A stretch of DNA of 64,000 nt from Pontiella sp. (lineage in GTDB: Bacteria; Verrucomicrobiota; Kiritimatiellia; Kiritimatiellales; Pontiellaceae): NCBI GenBank assembly GCA_050290185.1, contig JBNKHE010000006.1:32001-96000 (forward strand), given 5' to 3'. Each line of letters begins with the position of its first letter. Position 1 is the first letter of the stretch. A model generated the notes under the pieces. That model did not search any database, was not told the origin of the DNA, and was given only the letters and a program-made list of their open reading frames with translations. This document shows positions 21,503 to 31,299 of the stretch, piece by piece. A program made the translations under genes and the position numbers.

Positions 21503-23311
21503 ATGCAGAATAAACCTGTCATCCAGTTGCTGCCCGACCAGGTGATCAACAAGATTGCCGCCGGCGAGGTCGTTGAACGCCCTGCCTCCGTCATGAAGGA
21601 ATTGTTTGAAAACGCGCTGGATGCGGGCTCGACGCAAGTTGATGTTGAGGTGATTCGTGGCGGGCAGCAGTTGATTGCCGTGACTGATAATGGCTGCGGG
21701 ATGGATCATGATCAGGCCCTGCTCAGCATCGAACGGCACGCCACCAGCAAGATCCGCACGGAAGCGGACATTGAAAATATCCACACCCTTGGTTTCCGGG
21801 GCGAGGCATTGGCGGCCATTTCCTCCGTTTCGCGCTTCACGCTCATCACCCGCCCCAAGGAACAACTGGCCGGAACGGAAATCCAGATAGCGGGAGGCAA
21901 GATGCTCGGCGTCGAAGATATCGGCTGTCCGGTCGGCACGCGCATCGAAATCCGCAACCTGTTTTTCAACGTGCCTGCGCGGCGCAAATTCCTGCGGGCC
22001 GAGCAGACGGAACTGGCACATATCCGCCAGCTTTTTATTGTCCACGCGCTGGCTCATCCGGCGACCGGCATGAGCCTGAAGGTGGATGAACGCATGGTCT
22101 ATAACCTGCCTATGGCCGGAAACATGGAGGACCGGATTTCCGAACTCTACAGCGCCGGCTTCTTCGCACAGCTGTTACCGATCAATCATGTGGCAGACGG
22201 CTACACCATCACCGGTTACACCGGTCTTCCACAAACGGGACGGAAAGACCGGCAGGACCAATACCTGTTCGTCAACGGCCGGCCCGCCGCCGCTCCGGTG
22301 GTCTACCACGCCCTCAACGAAGCCTACCATTCGCTCATGGCCAAAGGGCGCTATCCCGCCGTCTTCCTTTTCATCGAGATGGAACCTTCGCTCGTCGATG
22401 TCAATGTCCACCCGACCAAGAAGGAGGTGCGCTTCCGCCACCCCAATTCCCTGCGCGATGTGATCATTGCATCTATAGGCAAGGCTCTGACGCCCCATGC
22501 CATTGACGGGTCTGTTGAGATGGAAGATGCCGAACCGATAGTGCTGCCCCCCCCTATGCCGGTTCGTCCGAAATTTGAAACCCAAAAACAGATGGATGAA
22601 TTACTGGTTCGTCCGGAGGCGGTGGAATCGCGAATTTCGAAAAAGGATCCCCGATCATCGCACGAAAATCCCGCCCCTCCCCCCGAGGCCTCCTCTCCCC
22701 CGCAATCCACGGAATCTTTAGCGAAAAGCCCGTGGGGCTGGTGCCGCATTATCGGGAAGATTGGCGGAAACTATATTGTGCTGGAAACCGAAGACGGGTA
22801 TGTGCTGATGGAACCCCGGGCCGCACACGAACGGGTGCTGTTCGAAAAGTTCATCCGGGCGGTACAGGAACATGCCGTTCAAAAACAAGGCCTGCTCGCT
22901 CCTGAAACGGTTGATCTGCTTCCCGGAGATGCCATGGTCGTCCGCGACCATCTCGAAATCCTGCAGGAACTGGGCTTTGGCCTTTCAGAATTTGGCGGCG
23001 ACACATTTATCATCGATGCCCTCCCGGTCTACGTGCAAGAGGGGCCGGCGGAATCGCTGTTGGTGGAAATCGCGCACGAACTGGAAAAAGCGGGCAAGCA
23101 GCGCGGCGAGCGGGAGATGGTCTGTGAACGAATCGCCCAGGCCGCATGCCAAACTGCGGTACGCACCAAGGATCAGCTATCCGGCCGGGAGATTGAAAAT
23201 CTGGTTGCGGACCTGGCCAAAACGGAAATGCCCTATACCTCACCGCGCGGAAGACCGACCTTGATCTATACGAGCTTTACCGAACTCGACCGGAAGTTCA
23301 ACCGGAACTAA
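21503..23311 (+). CDS. mutL: DNA mismatch repair protein MutL
   Basis: IAAGEVVERP, DNGCGM, GFRGEAL, DVNVHPTKKEVRF; C-terminal dimerisation domain. Confidence 0.98.
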   Translation: MQNKPVIQLLPDQVINKIAAGEVVERPASVMKELFENALDAGSTQVDVEVIRGGQQLIAVTDNGCGMDHDQALLSIERHATSKIRTEADIENIHTLGFRGEALAAISSVSRFTLITRPKEQLAGTEIQIAGGKMLGVEDIGCPVGTRIEIRNLFFNVPARRKFLRAEQTELAHIRQLFIVHALAHPATGMSLKVDERMVYNLPMAGNMEDRISELYSAGFFAQLLPINHVADGYTITGYTGLPQTGRKDRQDQYLFVNGRPAAAPVVYHALNEAYHSLMAKGRYPAVFLFIEMEPSLVDVNVHPTKKEVRFRHPNSLRDVIIASIGKALTPHAIDGSVEMEDAEPIVLPPPMPVRPKFETQKQMDELLVRPEAVESRISKKDPRSSHENPAPPPEASSPPQSTESLAKSPWGWCRIIGKIGGNYIVLETEDGYVLMEPRAAHERVLFEKFIRAVQEHAVQKQGLLAPETVDLLPGDAMVVRDHLEILQELGFGLSEFGGDTFIIDALPVYVQEGPAESLLVEIAHELEKAGKQRGEREMVCERIAQAACQTAVRTKDQLSGREIENLVADLAKTEMPYTSPRGRPTLIYTSFTELDRKFNRN

Positions 23312-23316
23312 CCGTT

Positions 23317-23910
23317 CTAGCCACGCATAAACCTGCGGAAGATCGAGGGTTTCCGACTGGCCGGGCGAGCTTCCTTGACGAGTTGCATGAAATGCGCGCG
23401 GGCCTTGTGGTAGCGCATGTTTTCTTCATCGCCAGCATTTTTGCGGTTTTCCATTTTCAGGTTTTCGAACGGTTCTTGTGCCAGCTTCAATGTATTCTCA
23501 ATTGAACGTACAATGTCGTTGGCCCGCCGCTGGTATTCTTCCGCCTGTAAGCCGGCTGAAGCCTGATTGACACCGAGAAAGCTGAAGGAGGATCCCTGCT
23601 CATTTACTACCATGCCTTTAAGGTTGATCATGGAGAGCACCGCCTTCACGTTGCCGGCCAGCAGATTAATAAAGGAACTGAATTGTTCGTCGTGCCCATT
23701 CCTACCGGCGTTCCGTATGGAAAAAAGGGCGTGCTTGCGGGCGGTCCGGAGCATAAAGAGGATCTCTTCATAGGCATCGGCATGCGACTTGCCATTTTGC
23801 ATCTGCTGCCGGGAGAATATCAGTTCTGCCGCTTTTTCAAAATAGACGTCTCGGCGAGCCAGATGAACAGGCCGGTTCAGTTCAAAATGATTTATCGGAG
23901 TCACACCCAA
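23317..23910 (-). CDS. Hypothetical helical protein
   Basis: 197-aa ORF filling the gap convergent with mutL; no family recognised. Confidence 0.6.
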   Translation of the reverse strand: MGVTPINHFELNRPVHLARRDVYFEKAAELIFSRQQMQNGKSHADAYEEILFMLRTARKHALFSIRNAGRNGHDEQFSSFINLLAGNVKAVLSMINLKGMVVNEQGSSFSFLGVNQASAGLQAEEYQRRANDIVRSIENTLKLAQEPFENLKMENRKNAGDEENMRYHKARAHFMQLVKEARPASRKPSIFRRFMRG

Positions 23911-23984
23911 AAGGTATCAACTACGTCAAAGGTTTCGAGCTTTTTAACACGGGATTTTAGGATACGGCCCGCTCACCATTCACC

Positions 23985-24251
23985 CTACCTGTAGCGGTCA
24001 TGCCAAAGATGGGTGAACCACATGCGGCCCGTTGAGATAATGACCAGCAAACCGGATACAACGATGGAGACTGCCAGAGCTAGATTGGCCCTGTTGTGAG
24101 CCGGAATATCACCGGGATCCCGATGTCCCTCAAAAAAGAAAGAAATGCCAAGTAACAGCACCACGGCGGCTGCGACAAGGGTTCCCCTCTGCGGTTTCAT
24201 TTTAAACATGGGAACTTTTCCGTGGGTATTCATAATCCCTTCCGCTATCAT
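23985..24251 (-). CDS. Small two-TM membrane protein (start uncertain)
   Basis: Two hydrophobic segments; C-terminal RMWFTHLWHDRYR. Confidence 0.6.
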   Translation of the reverse strand: MIAEGIMNTHGKVPMFKMKPQRGTLVAAAVVLLLGISFFFEGHRDPGDIPAHNRANLALAVSIVVSGLLVIISTGRMWFTHLWHDRYR

Positions 24252-24357
24252 TTCTGAAGTGTTTTCAGCTTATTTCAAAGCTATGAAGAAGGCGATCATT
24301 ATTGCACCCGATATCTAGTAATTATTAATAGCAGACATCCATGGAGACCGAAACCCG

Positions 24358-26292
24358 CTAGGAATATTCCTTCAGGATGGCAAGGATATCTTCCTGGTGA
24401 ACCGGCTTCGAAAGATAGCCGTCCATCCCCTGCTCCAGGAATTTTTCGCGATCGCCCTTCATGGCGTGGGCCGTAATCGCAACAACCGGGATATGGGATT
24501 CGGAATCTTCCTGCGCACGAATCATCGCTGTGGCGCGCAACCCATCCATAATCGGCATCTGCACATCCATGAAAACAAGGTCATATCGAGGACGTTCCTC
24601 TACCGGAAGGGAGAGTTTCAGCATCGCCAGTGCCTCGCGACCATTCGCAGCAACATCGACACGGCACCCCAGCTTCTCCAACATTTTAGTGATCACCCGT
24701 TGGTTGAGTTTATTGTCCTCGGCCAGAAGAATATAGCGGTTAAACATCTCTCCCTTTATGTCTTGATGATCCCTCTGACTCTGTCTGGCAGATCCTGCCT
24801 CCATGTTTACGGTGACATTGAAGCTGAACTCCGCGCCCTTGCCCGGCTCACTGGTGACATAGAGGCGACCGCCCATGGTCTCTACCATTTTCTTTGAAAT
24901 GGACAACCCCAACCCGGTTCCGCCGAACTCGCGTGTGTGGGACCCATCGGCCTGCGTGAACTCCTGGAATATCACTTCCTGCGCTTCTTGGGAGATCCCG
25001 ATCCCCGTGTCGATGACACGGAAGCATAGCGTACATTCGTTCCCTGTCATGCCCAGGCAGCGGACGCCGACTTCCACATGGCCTTTCTGGGTGAACTTTA
25101 CGGCGTTGGCCATGAGATTGATCAAGATCTGCCGGAGGCTGCCCTCGTCCGCACGGACCAAGGGGAGGTTGTCCGGGCAGTCAACCTTCAGATCCAGTCC
25201 CTTGCTTTTGACGGAAGGAGAAAAGAAGGTATCCAGCTCATTCAGCATTTTGGACAGATCCACCGTATCAATATTGAGGTTGAACTTGCCCATTTCTATG
25301 CGCGACAGATCGAGAATGTTATTGATGATCTTCAGGAGATTCTCGGCGGAAGCGGAGATCGTGTTGATGTAATCGCGTTGTTCTTCTGTCAGTTCCGTAT
25401 CCATCACGAGCTGGCTCATGCCGAGTACGCCGTTCATGGGCGTTCGGATTTCATGACTCATGTTGGCAAGAAACTCGCTCTTGGTGCGGCTGGCCTTTTC
25501 GGCATCATCCTTTGCGACCTTCAATTGCATGGAAAGTCGGTCCTGCTGATTTCGCCGGTGCGCCAGTTCGTCAACCGTTTCATTAACACCACGGCCCAAC
25601 TGCCCCAACTCGTCCTTGGATTTTATCTGGGATACGCGCACCTCCAGATCGCCCTGCTTCACCGCGTTCAGGCAGTTCAGGACGTCACGCAACCGCGGGG
25701 TCGTCAGGTGATGCACCAGCAGGGCGCCCACCGCAGTGATGAGAATTATACAGACCAGAGAGGCCGCTAGAACCCACATCGAATATACATGCTTTCTGGT
25801 AATGGCATGGCCCATTCCCATCTTCATGTGAAAATTGCCCAGCCAGTTTCCCTCAGAATAGAGCGGCGTGGAAACCAGCAGGTACGGATCTCCTGCTTCG
25901 TGTATCTGCGAGACCGTCGAATTGTCTTCGTTAAAATGAATCTCCTTCGCCTCCTCGTGCGGCCCAAGAATATCTGTGATATCATCCCCTTCGAGCTCGG
26001 GAGCACTGCAGAAATAAATGGTTTGATCCGGCTGGGTCACGGCCGCAAAAAGAACGTCCTCTCCCACCAGCCGCGACAGGGCGTTTCTATCGCGGACTAT
26101 CGAGTAGGGAATATGCTGTTGCATCATGAGCCGCCCGGGAATCTGAGCCTTCAGGAACAGCCCTTTATCGATTTCCCGTGCAAAGTTGAATGCCAGGATA
26201 TTTTCAAGGCAGGCAAGCAGGATCGCGGTAATCAGGAAAGTACCCAGCCCGATTTTGAATGCCAAGGAGTAAAAATCCTTTCTCATACCCAT
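24358..26292 (-). CDS. Hybrid sensor histidine kinase (2 TM, HAMP, HisKA, HATPase, REC)
   Basis: [39 protein letters not shown]...FMDVQMP...SKP. Confidence 0.96.
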   Translation of the reverse strand: MGMRKDFYSLAFKIGLGTFLITAILLACLENILAFNFAREIDKGLFLKAQIPGRLMMQQHIPYSIVRDRNALSRLVGEDVLFAAVTQPDQTIYFCSAPELEGDDITDILGPHEEAKEIHFNEDNSTVSQIHEAGDPYLLVSTPLYSEGNWLGNFHMKMGMGHAITRKHVYSMWVLAASLVCIILITAVGALLVHHLTTPRLRDVLNCLNAVKQGDLEVRVSQIKSKDELGQLGRGVNETVDELAHRRNQQDRLSMQLKVAKDDAEKASRTKSEFLANMSHEIRTPMNGVLGMSQLVMDTELTEEQRDYINTISASAENLLKIINNILDLSRIEMGKFNLNIDTVDLSKMLNELDTFFSPSVKSKGLDLKVDCPDNLPLVRADEGSLRQILINLMANAVKFTQKGHVEVGVRCLGMTGNECTLCFRVIDTGIGISQEAQEVIFQEFTQADGSHTREFGGTGLGLSISKKMVETMGGRLYVTSEPGKGAEFSFNVTVNMEAGSARQSQRDHQDIKGEMFNRYILLAEDNKLNQRVITKMLEKLGCRVDVAANGREALAMLKLSLPVEERPRYDLVFMDVQMPIMDGLRATAMIRAQEDSESHIPVVAITAHAMKGDREKFLEQGMDGYLSKPVHQEDILAILKEYS

Positions 26293-26297
26293 TCCTT

Positions 26298-27701
26298 TTA
26301 TTGCCTTTCTTCTGCCGGAGAAGGCCCGTCATATAAACGCGCCAGAGTATCAAACAGCAAATCCTGATCCACAATCAGCTGCCTGGTTTGCGGATCTTCA
26401 TAGAACATACGCGGGTCCAGCTGCGGAACCCTCCCCTCGGAGGTAAGCCGCTGCTGATAATCCGCATAAACATCCCGGCCAAACCTGGGATCATAAAGAT
26501 TTCCCTTCAGTCCTGTTGGGCACTTGGTATACCGGACCCATCGTTCAGCAATGCTCGGACGGATCCAGTATTTCATCAACTCAATACCTTCGTCCCGTCC
26601 CGGCGCATTCTTGAGGACGGCCCATGTCGGCATATATCCCCCAATCACATGGCGCCCCCCATCGGCAAATTCCGGCATATGCGCAAGCCGCAGCTTCTTC
26701 AACCCCTCCGGATCGATCTTTTCAAATGCGCAATAGCGCCAGGTTGCATCGGAAAAAAACAACACCTTCCCGTCCATTAGAGCATGGGCAGCATCATTCC
26801 AAGAGTCAGCGGTCAACATCGGTGCGGGCGGCCTCACGTTCCCCATTTCCTGAAGAAAGGCGATACTCCGCGCGGCCGCCGACTCCAAGGCATCTCCATC
26901 GGGGCGGGAAACACCATCATGCCAGGCCGACAACAGAAGGCTGTAGAAGAGACGGAAGAGCGATCCGGTTCCTTTAAAATCAACAAATGCCGAAACCGGC
27001 TCAGAGGTCTGCTGGTTGTAGGTATGGAGCTGCTTCATATAGCCCAACAAATCCTCCGCGGTCATCCCGTCTTCCCGGATCGAAATACCTAGGCGATCAG
27101 CCAGGTCCTTGTTGTACCAAAGCGCGTAGTAGAATCCCTCGATATACGCCCCCGTAAAAACCCCTCCAGTATGCTTATGCGCATCCGGCCCCTCTACCAG
27201 AGACGGCTTGTGGCACTCGCGAAAACCATCAATTTCGGAAAAGTCCACCAAATACTTGCTCCCCCAGTTCCAGTCATCCAGTTCCTGGGAAACATAATAG
27301 TAAATCAGCGGATCGAGCCAGATGACATCCCATTCAAGGTTCCCCGAACGGATCATTTCGGCGATATAGATCCCCGCCGCGCGCTGGCTGTTTTCCGGAA
27401 GGATATCCGCCGCAAACTCCAACTCGACATCGACTTGAGGATGCGTGAACGCAAACTCTTCCAACACTTCGCGGACCAGCTGTTCGCGTCGCCCTTCACC
27501 TTTCCAGTGCCCCATCCAACGCAAGGATTTATGCGGAGACTCCTCACTGGCAGCCCCAGCATCCTGCCTGGCGGCATCATTTTCAGCGAAAGACTCGGGC
27601 TCCTGCCGGGAGCAGGCACTCAGCAGCAATAGCAATGCGCCAAGACAACACAGGAGTTTACCCCCGTTCCATAACCCACCACCTATAGACCTCGAATACA
27701 T
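26298..27701 (-). CDS. Extracellular solute-binding lipoprotein (ABC sugar-binding-like)
   Basis: Lipobox [21 protein letters not shown] and [11 protein letters not shown] motifs; start uncertain. Confidence 0.8.
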   Translation of the reverse strand: MYSRSIGGGLWNGGKLLCCLGALLLLLSACSRQEPESFAENDAARQDAGAASEESPHKSLRWMGHWKGEGRREQLVREVLEEFAFTHPQVDVELEFAADILPENSQRAAGIYIAEMIRSGNLEWDVIWLDPLIYYYVSQELDDWNWGSKYLVDFSEIDGFRECHKPSLVEGPDAHKHTGGVFTGAYIEGFYYALWYNKDLADRLGISIREDGMTAEDLLGYMKQLHTYNQQTSEPVSAFVDFKGTGSLFRLFYSLLLSAWHDGVSRPDGDALESAAARSIAFLQEMGNVRPPAPMLTADSWNDAAHALMDGKVLFFSDATWRYCAFEKIDPEGLKKLRLAHMPEFADGGRHVIGGYMPTWAVLKNAPGRDEGIELMKYWIRPSIAERWVRYTKCPTGLKGNLYDPRFGRDVYADYQQRLTSEGRVPQLDPRMFYEDPQTRQLIVDQDLLFDTLARLYDGPSPAEERQ

Positions 27702-27883
27702 CGCTTTGAGATTAGGTAAAGAGCCTCGGCACAACAACACACAATCTGCGTTATTTCCTTATCGTTATAAAACCGCCTCCACCTGACCGCGCCCTCTCCA
27801 CGGCCCTCGTATCTAGCCGTTCCAAGCTCGACAAAATCTCGGACGGCAGGTAGATTACAAGCGAAGAGAAGGAGGTGATTGCA

Positions 27884-28288
27884 ATGATCTCGGCAAAACA
27901 TTGTAAAGAGGTCTCCGTCAGGGTTCTGAACGATATCGGCATCCTTGCCCAACTGACCAAAATCGTGGCCGACAAGGGCGTGAATATCTGCGCCGCGGCC
28001 GCATGGGTGGAAAACGACAACCAAGGAGTTGTACGGCTGATAACCGACGACAACCTCAGGGCAACGGATGCCTTGCGCGCCCATAACTATTCCCCCACGG
28101 AAATCGATTCGGTCGCAGTGATGATGCATCACTCGCCCGGAATGCTTAGCAGCATCTGCGAGAGACTGAGCAACAGCGGCATCAACATAAAATACCTTTA
28201 TGCCAGTGCTCCGGTTTCGGAAGAAACTTGCCTGACAATCCTTTCGACCGACAATAACGAGCGGGCTCTCGTGCTGCTGAACGATTAG
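27884..28288 (+). CDS. Tandem ACT-domain protein
   Basis: NDIGILAQLTKIVADKGVNI and HSPGMLSSICERLSNSGINIKYLY; AAGGAGGT RBS. Confidence 0.88.
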   Translation: MISAKHCKEVSVRVLNDIGILAQLTKIVADKGVNICAAAAWVENDNQGVVRLITDDNLRATDALRAHNYSPTEIDSVAVMMHHSPGMLSSICERLSNSGINIKYLYASAPVSEETCLTILSTDNNERALVLLND

Positions 28289-28383
28289 TAAAGCGCATCC
28301 GGAACCAGAAATAGCTGGATAAAAGGCGTCAACCGCGGGAAATCAGGTTCCCTGCCCTAACTGTAGGAGGATGTCATACCACC

Positions 28384-28758
28384 CTATTCCCTACAGAAAG
28401 CGGCCAAGTGCTCGGGACGCATATGTTCCGGATTCCATGGTCGCTCTTCCGCTATATGCCTCCAGTGTTCTGCAAGCAGATAGACTTGTGCAACAGCATC
28501 GCCGACCTGTACTTCCACACGGTCATACGCTTCGCCCTCGAACCGGTCGAGATGCCGGAAATCGGCATCGGTCAGTCCCGTGTAGAGAATGCCCTCCACA
28601 TCTTCCCGCTCCGCAGGAACAATGGCCGGATAGAGTTCACCCGTGACGCGCAGCCGCAAATAGCCATGAAGGGTTGCAGGAACTCCTTCCATACAACGCC
28701 CAATTACGACCTCCAGCACCTCCGGCCACATCAGTGTTCCATAGGCGAGTAGGTTCAT
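28384..28758 (-). CDS. Gamma-glutamylcyclotransferase (AIG2-like) family protein
   Basis: AYGTLM, YPAIV, LDRFEG..YDR. Confidence 0.9.
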   Translation of the reverse strand: MNLLAYGTLMWPEVLEVVIGRCMEGVPATLHGYLRLRVTGELYPAIVPAEREDVEGILYTGLTDADFRHLDRFEGEAYDRVEVQVGDAVAQVYLLAEHWRHIAEERPWNPEHMRPEHLAAFCRE

Positions 28759-28808
28759 TCCGATATTTTCCGTGTATTCGTTCTCATTCGCGGTTAACAA
28801 TCGTCCCG

Positions 28809-29192
28809 ATGAAACGAGTGGAAATCCAGCCAGATTTTTGGAAATACGACCTCCCGGACGGCTTCGAAGCCCTGGCCGGAAAAACGGATGCCGACAACGA
28901 TCTGCTCAGTCTGAAGGTCGCGGCCCCCAACGATCTATGGTTCCATGCCCGGAGTCTTCCCGGCAGCCATGTAATCCTGCGCCACCCCGACGGCGAAACC
29001 CCGGACAACGCCACCATCAAACTCGCCGCATCCATTGCCGCATGGCACTCGAAAGCACGCCATGCCGGAATAATACCCGTCTGCTATACCGAAGCCAAAC
29101 ACGTTGGGAAACCACGTGGTGCCAAGCCTGGCAGCGTAACGATCAAGCGCGAAAAAGTCGTCAAGGTACGCCCGGCCCTGCCTGTAGTTTAG
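28809..29192 (+). CDS. Stand-alone NFACT-R (DUF814) RNA-binding domain protein
   Basis: GKTDADNDLL, DLWFHARSLPGSHVIL, AAWHSKAR, KPRGAKPGSV. Confidence 0.9.
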   Translation: MKRVEIQPDFWKYDLPDGFEALAGKTDADNDLLSLKVAAPNDLWFHARSLPGSHVILRHPDGETPDNATIKLAASIAAWHSKARHAGIIPVCYTEAKHVGKPRGAKPGSVTIKREKVVKVRPALPVV

Positions 29193-29514
29193 TCAAATTC
29201 CGGCAGAAGGGATGGACCAAGAAAATGCCAATGCCTGGAATTCATCCGGGGTATCCAATTACTGATTTCCGCTGAACCAGCGGCGGAAAGCCCCGGGCGG
29301 GAACCACAATGCCACCTGCGGTGTTACGCAAAATGTGTAATTGAATCCCAACGTGCATGGAATTCCTGCCTCGTCCGAATTTACATCCTGCATATGGTGG
29401 ATATGCGGCCTTTAGGTGCGTTCCCGGCAACCCCCGTTCGCTAAAAGTTGAAGATGAAACTTTCAATACCCTCTCTATCCGCTATTCCATGTTTCCGGAT
29501 TTGGAGAGGGATGC

Positions 29515-30471
29515 ATGGATTACGTTTTACAGGTTTTATTCATTCTCGTACTGATGGCGATCGGTTTCATTGCCCGGAAACGCGGGGTGGTGAGCGCGGT
29601 AGGTACCAGCGAAATGGTACGGGTGCTGATTGCCATCATCTATCCCTGCCTGATTTTTTCCTCGGTAACCCGCCTCAACGCGCGGGAGCTGGGGGCCAAC
29701 TGGATCATGCCGGTCATGGCCATGGCGATTGCCGGAACAGGACTGTTGCTGGGCCTGATTGCCCTGCGCTGGATGAGGAATGTCGACCATCAGCGGGCCA
29801 GTGCCTTCCTGTTTCAAAACACGATCAACAACTATCTGTTCCTGCCGTTGCCCCTCGTCATGCTGCTCTGGAAGGAAGAAGGCGTAGCCCTATTGGTGTT
29901 TGCTTCGATGGGCTTCGAGTTGACGGTCTGGACCGTCGGAGTGTTCCTGTTCAATCGCACCAGTAAGCTGTCGGAGGGCATCCGTATGATGTTCGGGCCG
30001 CCGTTGATGGCGCTGATCTTTTCCATCGGCTGGGTCTGCTTACGAGATCTCGTCCATCCGGAACTGCCGGCTTCCGGCTTCTTTCCCGATCTGATGCGCC
30101 GCCTGCTGGATCTCTTTTCTTTCGGGGCCGGCACCATCGGCAAAGCGACCGTTGCCGTCTCAATGATCATTTCGGGAAGCCGCATTGCGGCGCTCGATGT
30201 CAAGGCGGCATTCGATCCGCATGTATGGGTCGTCTCGGCCATGAGACTGGTGATCACGCCGGTGATTTTTATCCTGTTGCTCCAACTGATCCCGATGGAT
30301 GAAATGGCCTATGGAATTCTCTGCGTTGTAGCAGTCATGCCGGCAGCAGTGGCCAGCCTGGTCTTCAGCGAACGTTTTGGCGGCGATTCGGACTTTATTG
30401 CCAGCACCCTGCTGATCACGCATCTTGCGGCCGTGGTGACCATCCCCTTATTGCTGGCCTGGGCGCTTTAG
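29515..30471 (+). CDS. AEC (auxin efflux carrier) family transporter
   Basis: PCLIFSS, NYLFLPLP, MPAAVASLVFSERFGGD; about 10 TMs. Confidence 0.9.
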   Translation: MDYVLQVLFILVLMAIGFIARKRGVVSAVGTSEMVRVLIAIIYPCLIFSSVTRLNARELGANWIMPVMAMAIAGTGLLLGLIALRWMRNVDHQRASAFLFQNTINNYLFLPLPLVMLLWKEEGVALLVFASMGFELTVWTVGVFLFNRTSKLSEGIRMMFGPPLMALIFSIGWVCLRDLVHPELPASGFFPDLMRRLLDLFSFGAGTIGKATVAVSMIISGSRIAALDVKAAFDPHVWVVSAMRLVITPVIFILLLQLIPMDEMAYGILCVVAVMPAAVASLVFSERFGGDSDFIASTLLITHLAAVVTIPLLLAWAL

Positions 30472-30477
30472 CCGCTC

Positions 30478-31050
30478 CTAGTTCAACTCCACGACCCCTG
30501 CGTCGTCCTGATCGAGCAGTTTGTTTTTCCATTCGCGGGTCTTATCTGTAATAATAGGTCGCGAAAGGTGGGGCCGTATTCGGGGGACCAGTTGGTGAAC
30601 CACAAACCGGCCGGTGTAGGACTTAAGCCGAAAGTTTTCCTCTATTCGCTGGGGGCCGAGCATTACGATAAAAATCATAACCAGCAAAGCCGCCAACCCC
30701 CCGCGAACTGCTCCCAGAACCAAACCAAAAACGTGGTCTGAACGCTCCGAGATCTGCGACTTCATCAGACTCGCAAGTATTTTAGTGAGCCCTATGAATA
30801 CAAAGAAGGAAAGCACAACCAATCCCGCCATGAGCAGCCACATGATGACCTCTTCATCAATGCTTCGGAAAACCCGCCCGAGAAAGCCATAGATGTAGGG
30901 ATAGGCAAAAAACAGCAGTATGCCCAGAATCAGGAAGGTCAGGACATACGCCACCTGACCGGCAAAACCCTTTTGGAAGCCTCCCCACGCAAAAAGCAGG
31001 ACAGCCAGCACAAAGGCAAGATCGATAAAGCTAAGCCAGTTTGGAATCAT
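30478..31050 (-). CDS. CvpA (colicin V production) family membrane protein
   Basis: IDLAF...GFQKGF and DHVFGLVLGAVRG motifs. Confidence 0.85.
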   Translation of the reverse strand: MIPNWLSFIDLAFVLAVLLFAWGGFQKGFAGQVAYVLTFLILGILLFFAYPYIYGFLGRVFRSIDEEVIMWLLMAGLVVLSFFVFIGLTKILASLMKSQISERSDHVFGLVLGAVRGGLAALLVMIFIVMLGPQRIEENFRLKSYTGRFVVHQLVPRIRPHLSRPIITDKTREWKNKLLDQDDAGVVELN

Positions 31051-31181
31051 TTTAATCCCCGGTTGTTATGAATAAAGTATGCCCCCTATAGTAAGCAATT
31101 TGGAAGCCACATTGTGCACTAACATACGCGTCCCAGCTATTTTTCCGGGAACGGTAAAAAACAGGCCTAAAATTCCATAAA

Positions 31182-31197
31182 CCACAATATATTGTGC
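31182..31197. promoter_or_regulatory. NrdR box upstream of nrdD
   Basis: Palindrome CACAATATATTGTG (31183-31196) matches the NrdR consensus acaCwAtATaTwGtgt; lies just before TTGACA at 31205-31210. Confidence 0.85.
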
Positions 31198-31299
31198 CTC
31201 ATTCTTGACAGCAACACATTAGATAGAATAGCTTTCACAATTGCATGACAGCAAGGAAGTTGCTTATCGCATAAACCATTGATGCAAAGGGGGAAGACC

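Noticed and set aside
29193..29514. Riboswitch upstream of the AEC transporter
   Set aside because: Only short hairpins (CCGCTG-AAC-CAGCGG, GCATAT-N5-ATATGC); no aptamer consensus or terminator recognised. An Rfam scan would be needed
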